NCBI GenBank assembly: GCA_963675295.2
Contig: CAXXKJ010000002.1
Span: 3,776,001-3,840,000, forward strand
DNA length: 64,000 bases
Source of the DNA: a bacterium
GTDB lineage: Bacteria; Electryoneota; Electryoneia; Electryoneales; Electryoneaceae
Reading direction: 5' to 3'
Position numbers and translations under genes: made by a program
In this document: piece after piece, positions 30,750-39,082 of the stretch
Numbering within the stretch: the stretch's first letter is position 1
Layout: the number at the start of each line of letters is the position of its first letter
Notes under the pieces: model-generated
Database searches by the model: none
Seen by the model: the letters and a program-made list of their open reading frames with translations, nothing else
Told to the model about the DNA's origin: nothing

Positions 30750-30968
30750 TTCACTCGGGTTGCGGGAGATATCCTACTATCACTCGCTTCGTACTGCTTC
30801 CACCCGCTCCCAATTTCTAGAACTGTTTCCATGATTTGATTTTCCCTTACAGGGAATCCGAATTTCTCTGCTCAATAAGTTCGGATACCCTAACATTCAG
30901 AATCTGCACGCTATTTCGGGTGTTGCAGAAAATCAAGTAGTGTAGTTTGACGAACCAGGAGAGATGCG

Positions 30969-32831
30969 ATGCGTTTGAAGAAAGCAATGGTCTTGACGTT
31001 GGCGGCGGCGATGGTCCCGCTGGCCTCGATGGCCGAGATCGTGAAACTTGACGCTGCCCCGCAGGAAATCAAGGGCACGGAAGTGCAGTCGGTGTACAGT
31101 TGGCCGGGTAGCATCACGGTTGACCAGAACATGATTGACCGCAATGCGGAATCGATTCAGGTGAAGCGCCCGTCCGCGATGCAGCTGGACGAGTTCAGCC
31201 AGAACGACACTCCGGTGATCGATGCTTTGACCCAGATCTACATCGACGGTTTCGCGCCGGGCTGGGATGCCAACTGGGCCGGCCCGTACGGTGGTGGCTA
31301 CGACAGCAACGGCGATTTCCAGTCCTGGCGTTGGAAGGAACGTACCGAACGTCAGAGCGTTGGCAGCTACGCCGCCTACTGCGCCGGTGATGCGACTCTG
31401 ATTCCGGATCCGCAGACTGATACGTACCCGGATGACATGGTCACCTGGATGTACTACGGTCCGGTCGACATGAGCACCTACGACGGCGCGGCTGTCGAAT
31501 TCGACATCTTTGTTGACTGCGAAGTCCGTTACGACAACGCCTTTGTCGGTATCAGCACCGACGGCGCCAATTTCGAAGGCTTGTTCTATTCCGGTTATGA
31601 TGGCGCCTGGTACACCAACGAATTCCTCCAGGTTGACATTCCGTCTGGTTCGACCCAGGTGTATTTCCTCTTCAAGTTCAAGAGTGACTACACCGCCAGC
31701 TCGGGCGAAGGCATCTGGGTTGATCAGGTCCGTTTCTACGGCTACAACCCCGATCCGGCTCCGCTGCCGGCCGACCTCCGCATCACTGACATCAGCTGGG
31801 CGCCGATGAACCCGGCTCCGGGTGCCAATGTTGATGTGACCGTCGACTACGAAAACGCCGGCCTCGGTGATGCCAGCTCCTTCTGGATCGACCTCTTCGT
31901 CGATACCGACGGCGTCATGCCGCCGATCGGCCAGACCAGCGGCTTCGCACACAGCGTGTCCGGTGGCCTCGCCGCTGGCGCGTCTGACTCGTACACCTTC
32001 AACGTCGACTACCCGAGCAACGGCACCCGTTGGCTCGCGGCCTTGATCGACACCGACCAGATCGTCGATGAATCCAACGAGAACAACAACGCCTACGGCT
32101 TCGAGAAGCTGCCGGTGGGTATCGCCACGGTCATCATGGCTGGAAACGTCAGCCCGAACCCGGTTCCGGCTGCTGGCGCGACGATTGTCTACCCGGTGAG
32201 CGCGACTCAGTACACCAGTCCGCAGACACGTCCGGCGTGGGTCACGATTTCGTACCAGGGCTACGGCAACTCGGTTGAAATCTTCAAGACCCCGGGCAAC
32301 ATCACTCTGAATCCGGGTGGTACGCTCAACACCAACCTGGCCCACTACATCCCGAACAACGCTCCGGGCGGCATGTACACGATCAACGTCAACTTCGGCA
32401 ACTACCCGTGGGTCCCGTGGGATTCCGGTGTGACCTCCTTCATGAAGGACGGTCCGGTGGCCAACAGCATGGCTGACTTCCAGGGCGTCGAGTTCAAGAC
32501 CCTCAACACCAATGCATTCGACGTGGCGGCCGACGATGAACTCAGCCTCAGCAGCAACCTGCCGACCGAGTTCGCGATGGGCACCGCCTATCCGAACCCG
32601 TTCAACCCGAGCACCACGATCTCGTTGGCGCTGCCGGAAACGGCTGAGCTGAACGTGAATGTCTTCAACGTGCAGGGCCAGCTGGTTGCGACCCTCGCGT
32701 CCGGCCAGTACCAGGCGGGTCACCACCAGGTGGTGTTCGACGCGCGCGGCCTGTCCAGTGGCGTCTACCTCGTGCAGGCTCAGGCCAGCACCGGTGAAGC
32801 CGCTGTCCAGAAGGTCATGTTGATGAAGTAA
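30969..32831 (+). CDS. Secreted jelly-roll + CARDB + T9SS-like CTD protein, paralogue 2
   Basis: Same architecture as 28635-30479; ends KVMLMK. Confidence 0.88.
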   Translation: MRLKKAMVLTLAAAMVPLASMAEIVKLDAAPQEIKGTEVQSVYSWPGSITVDQNMIDRNAESIQVKRPSAMQLDEFSQNDTPVIDALTQIYIDGFAPGWDANWAGPYGGGYDSNGDFQSWRWKERTERQSVGSYAAYCAGDATLIPDPQTDTYPDDMVTWMYYGPVDMSTYDGAAVEFDIFVDCEVRYDNAFVGISTDGANFEGLFYSGYDGAWYTNEFLQVDIPSGSTQVYFLFKFKSDYTASSGEGIWVDQVRFYGYNPDPAPLPADLRITDISWAPMNPAPGANVDVTVDYENAGLGDASSFWIDLFVDTDGVMPPIGQTSGFAHSVSGGLAAGASDSYTFNVDYPSNGTRWLAALIDTDQIVDESNENNNAYGFEKLPVGIATVIMAGNVSPNPVPAAGATIVYPVSATQYTSPQTRPAWVTISYQGYGNSVEIFKTPGNITLNPGGTLNTNLAHYIPNNAPGGMYTINVNFGNYPWVPWDSGVTSFMKDGPVANSMADFQGVEFKTLNTNAFDVAADDELSLSSNLPTEFAMGTAYPNPFNPSTTISLALPETAELNVNVFNVQGQLVATLASGQYQAGHHQVVFDARGLSSGVYLVQAQASTGEAAVQKVMLMK

Positions 32832-32855
32832 GACCTCAAGAAGTCGTTCAGAGAT

Positions 32856-32890
32856 TTGAACAAGCCAGCCTTCAGGGCTGGCTTGTTCAA
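32856..32890 (+). terminator. 15-bp stem-loop after paralogue 2
   Basis: TTGAACAAGCCAGCC-TTCAG-GGCTGGCTTGTTCAA. Confidence 0.7.
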
Positions 32891-33071
32891 TTGTTAGATC
32901 CGAACCAACATTTATTATCTCTAATAAAATCAAGGGGTAAACGAATGTTAGAGAGACTTGCAAGTCGGCTAACATTGATTTCTAAACTCATTATAATTAA
33001 ACCATTTAAAATCTTAGTTCGTTTCATTTTATGCTTCAAATCATACGACTCCCACATTTCTTCGATGGTTC

Positions 33072-33100
33072 TTGACTTTCAAAGTGCCTTGATCTAACCT
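33072..33100 (+). promoter_or_regulatory. Putative sigma70 promoter, paralogue 3
   Basis: TTGACT-N17-TAACCT, 219 nt before the ATG. Confidence 0.6.
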
Positions 33101-33318
33101 GTACTCGGGTCGCGGAAAACTACCTGCCACTTGCCCCCACGGAATTGCAAATTACCGCTCCCACCATCTTCAAATCTGTTTTCATGAGTTTTTGTTGTCC
33201 TGATTAGGGAGAGTGGATTTCTCTGCTTTAGAAGTTCGGATTCCCTAACAACGTAAATTCTGCGTGCTATATCTGGTTTTGCAGAAAATTTAGGGGTAGT
33301 ACCCAAAGGAGAGATGCG

Positions 33319-35181
33319 ATGAGTTTGAAGAAAATTATGGTCGTGATATTGGCAGCCGCTCTGCTGCCGGCCGCGTCGATGGCTGAGATCGTTCAGCTGG
33401 ACGCCGCTCCGCAGGAGATGAAGGGCACCGAAGCCCAGCAGGTCTTTACCTGGCCGGGTAGTGTAGCGTTTGATGCGAACATGCTTGCGCAAGAAGGCGC
33501 GCCGGTCGAGCATCAGCGTCCGAACGCAACACAGAAAGCCGAGATGGGTGAGAATGATGCGCCGATGATTGACGCCTTGACGCAGATCTTCATCGACGGT
33601 TTCGCTCCAGGTTGGGATACCAACTGGACCGGCCCGTACGGTGGTGGTTATGACAGTGACGGCAATTTCCATTCCTGGACCTGGTCGGAACGCACCGAAC
33701 GCCAGAGCGTTGGCGATTACGCGATCTATTGCTCCGGCGATGCCACAGAAGTTCCCGATCCGCAGACCGACACCTACGGGGATGACATGGTCACCTGGAT
33801 CAAGTACGGTCCGGTCGATATGAGCGGTTATGAGGGTGCGGGCGTCATGTTTGACACCTACATCGACTGCGAACCGACCTTTGACAACCTCTTCGTTGGC
33901 ATCAGCACCGATGGTGTGAACTTTGATGGTAGCTTCTATTCCGGTTACGATGCCGTCTGGCACACCGACGAATACTACCAGATCGACTTCCCGGGTGGCG
34001 CGACTGAGGTGTACTTCCTGTTCAAGTTCAATAGCGACTACGCTGTCAGCCCGAGCGAAGGCGTCTGGGTTGACCAGGTCCGTCTCTATGGTTACAACCC
34101 CGATCCGCCGCCGGCCCTGTCCGACCTTCGCATCACCGACCTGAGCTGGACGCCGATAAACCCGGCTCCGAATGCCAGCGTTGATGTGACCGTCGATTAC
34201 GTAAATGCCGGTTCTGGCGACGCTGGCCCGTTCTACATCGACCTCTTCAGCGACGCTGATGGCGTTTTTCCGTCCATCGGACAAATTGGCGACTATGCTC
34301 ACTACTACGGCCCCGGCCTTGCTGCCGGTGCGAGCACTTCGTACACATTCACCATCTCGTACCCGAGCAACGGCACCCGCTGGCTCGCGGCGTTGATCGA
34401 TACCGACCAGATCGTTGACGAAACCAACGAATTCAATAACGCCTACGGCTTCGAGAAGCTGCCGGTGGGCATCGCCACGGTCATCATGGCTGGAAACGTC
34501 AGCCCGAACCCGGTTCCGGCTGCCGGCGCAACGATTGTCTACCCAGTGAGCGCGACTCAGTACACCAGTCCGCAGACACGTCCGGCATGGGTCACCATTT
34601 CCTACGAAGGCTACGGCAACTCGGTCGAAGTCTTCAAGACTCCGGGCAACATCACTCTGAATCCGGGTGGTACGCTCAACACCAACCTGGCCCACTACAT
34701 CCCGAACAACGCTCCGGGCGGCATGTACACGATCAACGTCAACTTCGGCAACTACCCCTGGGTCCCGTGGGATTCCGGTGTGACCTCCTTCATGAAGGAC
34801 GGTCCGGTGGCCAACAGCATGGCTGACTTCCAGAGCGTCGAGTTCAAGACCCTCAACACCAATGCATTCGACGTGGCGGCCGACGATGAACTCAGCCTGA
34901 GCAGCAACCTGCCGACCGAGTTCGCGATGGGCACCGCCTACCCGAATCCGTTCAACCCGAGCACCACGATCTCGTTGGCGCTGCCGGAAACGGCTGAGCT
35001 GAACGTGAATGTCTTCAACGTGCAGGGCCAGCTGGTTGCGACCCTCGCGTCCGGACAGTACCAGGCGGGTCACCACCAGATGGTGTTTGACGCGCGCGGC
35101 CTGTCCAGTGGCGTCTACCTCGTGCAGGCTCAGGCCAGCACCGGCGAAGCCGCTGTCCAGAAGGTCATGTTGATGAAGTAA
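33319..35181 (+). CDS. Secreted jelly-roll + CARDB + T9SS-like CTD protein, paralogue 3
   Basis: 620 aa, collinear with paralogue 2 and nearly identical to it in the 3' part. Confidence 0.88.
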   Translation: MSLKKIMVVILAAALLPAASMAEIVQLDAAPQEMKGTEAQQVFTWPGSVAFDANMLAQEGAPVEHQRPNATQKAEMGENDAPMIDALTQIFIDGFAPGWDTNWTGPYGGGYDSDGNFHSWTWSERTERQSVGDYAIYCSGDATEVPDPQTDTYGDDMVTWIKYGPVDMSGYEGAGVMFDTYIDCEPTFDNLFVGISTDGVNFDGSFYSGYDAVWHTDEYYQIDFPGGATEVYFLFKFNSDYAVSPSEGVWVDQVRLYGYNPDPPPALSDLRITDLSWTPINPAPNASVDVTVDYVNAGSGDAGPFYIDLFSDADGVFPSIGQIGDYAHYYGPGLAAGASTSYTFTISYPSNGTRWLAALIDTDQIVDETNEFNNAYGFEKLPVGIATVIMAGNVSPNPVPAAGATIVYPVSATQYTSPQTRPAWVTISYEGYGNSVEVFKTPGNITLNPGGTLNTNLAHYIPNNAPGGMYTINVNFGNYPWVPWDSGVTSFMKDGPVANSMADFQSVEFKTLNTNAFDVAADDELSLSSNLPTEFAMGTAYPNPFNPSTTISLALPETAELNVNVFNVQGQLVATLASGQYQAGHHQMVFDARGLSSGVYLVQAQASTGEAAVQKVMLMK

Positions 35182-35231
35182 GCTGTCTGCACGATCGATC
35201 CTCTCCTTTCACACGGAGGAGAGACACTGTG

Positions 35232-35268
35232 AGCCGCCCGGATCGAGCATCCGGGCGGCTTCGTTTGT
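35232..35268 (+). terminator. Intrinsic terminator
   Basis: AGCCGCCCGGAT-CGAGC-ATCCGGGCGGCT followed by TCGTTTGTT. Confidence 0.7.
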
Positions 35269-35711
35269 TACCCTATTTCGCCTCAAATCCTCCACATTTT
35301 TTGTGTTCCATAGCCCCCCGTTTCGCCTCCGTTGCTCACCCCTACTCCCGTTTCCCCGCTGCCAGTCTGCACTTCCCGGCTCACCTTTTCACCAAAATTA
35401 TTAGAATTTACCGCGTCGTATTTAGTATTTTAAGGATACTGAACAATTCGAGATTTTACGTTATCCCTGAAATAGCAAGGACATCCGCCTGCCTCTCCCT
35501 GATCTTATTGATAAGCAATCTATCATAATCATAAGAATTTCATTGCGTTTCGAGTTTTTGCAGAATATCTTTCGATTGAGTACGCAGGCAGACCCGTCTG
35601 ACAAGCGACAGGCAGTACAGGCTGGATCGGACTCACCGGGTGTTGTGGTTGTTTTCGGTGAGGAGATGGCTTCAGGCCTGGTTCTGATTCGGTTCGAAAG
35701 GCAGGTGGATC

Positions 35712-37514
35712 ATGAAAAAGCTCATCGTTTTCACAGTGGCATTTGCGACGGCCTTGCCGTTGCTGTGGACATCCACAGTGCTGGCGTCCGGCGTCACCAA
35801 GCCTGCGGCGAAGCATGCGATGAAGGCGTCAACTCCGCCGGTGGTACGTGCGGGCACGTTGAACCTCGACCCCAGCGCGGAACCGGCGATTCAGATCGAG
35901 CCCTATCGTGTGACCGATCCCGCAGACGCCCGCGCGTTGCGCACCCAGTGTGGCGGCCAATCCGACCCGCCGCAACTGGACAACGTCCTTTTCTTCGACG
36001 ACTTCGAGGGAGAGTTCCCGGGCCCGTGGACCATCACCGGCAACCCGTCCACCTGGGGGCTGGAGACCGAACGGTCGCACTCCGGCAACGGCGCGGTCTG
36101 GTGCAACGGCAACAACCGTGAGCCGGCCCAGGGCTATCGTCCCAACTGTTCGTCCACGATCTGGATGCGGCTTGACCTCACACGGTACGAGTCCGGCACC
36201 CTAAGTTTCTGGCACTGGTGCGACACCCAGGCGGGCTACGACAACCTGTTCGTCGGCGTCTCCAACAGCGGCTATCCGTTCACCGGCCTCTTCATCTCCG
36301 GCAACATCCAGGAGTGGCGTCGCGAAACCATTGACATCACCGAATTCTGCGGTGACGAGATGATGCTCATCTTCCGTTTCCAGACCAGCCCCTACTATGA
36401 ATACGAAGGCGTCTGGATCGACGATGTCACAGTCACCGGCATCGAAGCCGGCACTCCCGACCTCAAGGTTACCAGCATCACCCATTCGCCGGAAAATCCG
36501 CAGCCGTGGTTCCCGGTGACAGTCTCAGTCACGGTGCTCAACTACGGCGATTCCAACTCCGGACCGTTCTACGTCGACCTCTTCCTCGACCAGCCGAGCA
36601 AGCCGATGATCGGCGACTACGGCAGCCTCTACCAGTTCGTGCCGAACGGTCTGAATGCGGGCACGACGCAGGAATTCCAGTTCATGCTGGACTATCCGGA
36701 TCATGGCACCAAGCACCTGTGGTCGATTGTCGACACCGACCAGATGGTGGACGAGTTCAACGAGCTGGATAACGTTCACGGCCCCTACGATGTGCCAATC
36801 GGTGTGGCCACAGTCGCGACGGTGACACCCGGTTCACCGGTGATCATCGTGCCGCCGTCCGGGGGATCGTTCAATTACGGCGTCACCGTCGATCAGTACA
36901 CCGGCACCGCGTGGCACGAAGGCTGGACCACGATCACCTACCTCGGCACCGGCACTTCGCTGCAGGTGGAATTCCTCGACAACCAGCCGTTTGTTCCGGG
37001 CGATCCGTTGCAGTATTCACGCACCCAGAACGTGCCCGGCTTCGCCCCGCCGGGGAACTACCAGTTGACGGTCACCATCGGCACCTACCCGTGGACGATG
37101 CACGACACCGGCTCATTCCAGTTCACCAAGGCCGGCGGTGTCAGCACGGCAACGGCTGCGTCGCTGGGTTCGACGGTCGATTGGCCGAGCACCGGCTCTA
37201 CGTTTGCCGCGGGCGATGGGGACGCGTCCGTGCAGAGCGCCTTGCCCGACCAGTTTGGCCTCAGCACGGCGTACCCGAATCCGTTCAACCCGTCCACGTC
37301 GTTTGAGGTGCTGCTGCCGTCCGCCACGCAGCTCGAGGTGACGGTTTACACGATGCAGGGGCGTGAGGTTGCCCGGTTGGCGTCAGGAGACTACACCGCT
37401 GGATCTCATCGCCTCTGCTTTGACGGTCATGGGCTGGCGAGCGGCGTCTACCTGATCACCGCCCGCACCAGCGCCGGCGACTCCGCCACGCAGAAGGTTG
37501 TGCTGATGAAGTGA
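35712..37514 (+). CDS. Secreted jelly-roll + CARDB + T9SS-like CTD protein, paralogue 4 (most divergent)
   Basis: FFDDFEG, FRFQTS…GVWIDDV, PDLKVT…DEFNELDN, PNPFN…KVVLMK. Confidence 0.85.
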   Translation: MKKLIVFTVAFATALPLLWTSTVLASGVTKPAAKHAMKASTPPVVRAGTLNLDPSAEPAIQIEPYRVTDPADARALRTQCGGQSDPPQLDNVLFFDDFEGEFPGPWTITGNPSTWGLETERSHSGNGAVWCNGNNREPAQGYRPNCSSTIWMRLDLTRYESGTLSFWHWCDTQAGYDNLFVGVSNSGYPFTGLFISGNIQEWRRETIDITEFCGDEMMLIFRFQTSPYYEYEGVWIDDVTVTGIEAGTPDLKVTSITHSPENPQPWFPVTVSVTVLNYGDSNSGPFYVDLFLDQPSKPMIGDYGSLYQFVPNGLNAGTTQEFQFMLDYPDHGTKHLWSIVDTDQMVDEFNELDNVHGPYDVPIGVATVATVTPGSPVIIVPPSGGSFNYGVTVDQYTGTAWHEGWTTITYLGTGTSLQVEFLDNQPFVPGDPLQYSRTQNVPGFAPPGNYQLTVTIGTYPWTMHDTGSFQFTKAGGVSTATAASLGSTVDWPSTGSTFAAGDGDASVQSALPDQFGLSTAYPNPFNPSTSFEVLLPSATQLEVTVYTMQGREVARLASGDYTAGSHRLCFDGHGLASGVYLITARTSAGDSATQKVVLMK

Positions 37515-37549
37515 GTCGCGTCTCTCGTCTCTGGTCTTTCGTTTCTTGA

Positions 37550-38128
37550 AAACAGCACTGCCACGGCTCCAAGTCCGTGGCAGTTTCACGTTCCCGCCAA
37601 TCGTCAGTCTGCCAGCACGTCATTCCGAACGGAACGAAGAGAAGTGAGGAAGAGCCAGCTACGGGCGGGTGGATCGCGGTGTGTCCCGACAGAGTGTCAT
37701 TTCCCAAGCCGGGTATCATGGTCTCAGGGTCTGGTATCTGGTATCTGGTTTGTGGTTTCTGGGGTCTGACAACATCACGTGCCCGTGTTTGCTTGCAAAC
37801 GCGGCCGTGTTGCACATGAACACGTTTACTCCTTATCAGACGTCCGTGGCAGTTTCACTTCCAGCCAATCGTCAGTCTGCCAGCGCGTCATTCCGAACGG
37901 AACGAAGAGAAGTGAGGAAGAGCCCGCTTCGTGCAGGTCGATAGCGGTGCGGCCCGACATAGTGTCATTTCCCAAGCCGGGTATCATGGTCACTGGGTCT
38001 GGTTTGTGGGATCTGGGATCTGGGGTCTGAAGTCTGACAAAAACACGTGCCCGTGTTTGCTTGCAAACGCGGCCGTGTTGCACATGAACACGTTTACTCC
38101 TTATCAGACGTCCGTGGCAGTGCTGTTT
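37550..38128. repeat. Composite REPIN/MITE-like element: 17-bp terminal inverted repeats around two ~269-bp tandem units
   Basis: AAACAGCACTGCCACGG (37550-37566) and CCGTGGCAGTGCTGTTT (38112-38128); units start GTCCGTGGCAGT at 37573, 37842 and 38110. Confidence 0.85.
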
Positions 38129-38152
38129 GCTCATGGCTCATAGCTCAACACA

Positions 38153-39082
38153 TCACCTCCCCCGCGGGTGAAACTCCCGGTGTTCCTGTTGCAGGGTGGA
38201 GCGTTGCAGGTGGGTGTAGATCTGCGTCGTCGAGATGTCGGCGTGTCCGAGCATTTCCTGCACCGCACGCAGGTCGGCGCCGGCTTCGATCAGGTGCGTC
38301 GCGAAGGTGTGACGGAAGATGTGCGGGCTGATGGTGGCGTTGAGCTGTAACGGTTCGGCGATGGCTTTCAGCCGGATCCAGATCGCCTGCCGGGTCAATG
38401 GGCGCCCGTTTTTCGACAGGAACAGCACTCCCTTGTCCAGCCCACGTCCTCCAGCGAGGGACGCACGCACGCCTTCCTTCAGGTACTGGTCATGCACCCA
38501 GTGCACCGCAGCCTCCCCGATCGGGACATAGCGTTCCTTGCTGCCCTTGCCGAAGACTCGCAGGAACGAGTCCCGCCACAGGCAATCGGCGAGCGTCAAC
38601 GTGATCAGCTCGGTGACCCGCAGTCCGCACGCCCACAGCAGTTCCATGATCGCCCGGTCACGCAGGCCGAGATCATCGGAGGTGTCCGGCGCCTCGACTA
38701 GCCGGGTGGCGTCCTCGACGCTCAACGCTTCCGGCAGCTTCTTCGACCGGCGGGCAACACGGAGTGTGGTTGCGGGGTTCTTCGGCGCCAACCCCTCTCG
38801 CTGCAGAAATTTGTGGAAGTGACGAATCGCGGCGGCGCTACGCGCACGGCTGGTCTGTGCGAGCCCGAGGTCGGACAACATTCTCAGGTGTCGCTGAATG
38901 TGGGAATACTCGATCGCTTCGGCGCTTTTGACGTTCGCCGCCGACAGATGCTGCACGTACCGCACGAGGTCGCGCTGGTAGGATTCGAGTGTGTTCGGGC
39001 TGTAGCTGCGTTCCAGCTCGAGATGCGAGAGGAACTCCGCCAGTTCGTCACGCAAAATCGGTACTTGCGGCGGCTCGTTCAC
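38153..39082 (-). CDS. xerD: Site-specific tyrosine recombinase XerD
   Basis: RDRAIMELLWACGLRVTEL, GKGSKER, SPHIFRHTFATHL, LGHADISTTQIYTH. Confidence 0.9.
   Translation of the reverse strand: MNEPPQVPILRDELAEFLSHLELERSYSPNTLESYQRDLVRYVQHLSAANVKSAEAIEYSHIQRHLRMLSDLGLAQTSRARSAAAIRHFHKFLQREGLAPKNPATTLRVARRSKKLPEALSVEDATRLVEAPDTSDDLGLRDRAIMELLWACGLRVTELITLTLADCLWRDSFLRVFGKGSKERYVPIGEAAVHWVHDQYLKEGVRASLAGGRGLDKGVLFLSKNGRPLTRQAIWIRLKAIAEPLQLNATISPHIFRHTFATHLIEAGADLRAVQEMLGHADISTTQIYTHLQRSTLQQEHREFHPRGR

Noticed and set aside
28635-37514. Diversity-generating retroelement or invertible shufflon behind the paralogue array
   Set aside because: No reverse transcriptase, no adenine-specific TR/VR pair and no inverted cassettes; all copies are full-length and co-oriented.
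37577-38143. Short ORFs within the tandem repeat (also 16143-16410)
   Set aside because: They are translations of non-coding repeats with no RBS or domain signal.
38153-39082. Phage or island integrase
   Set aside because: It has XerD-type motifs, is coupled to a housekeeping-type gene, and no att sites or phage genes were seen.
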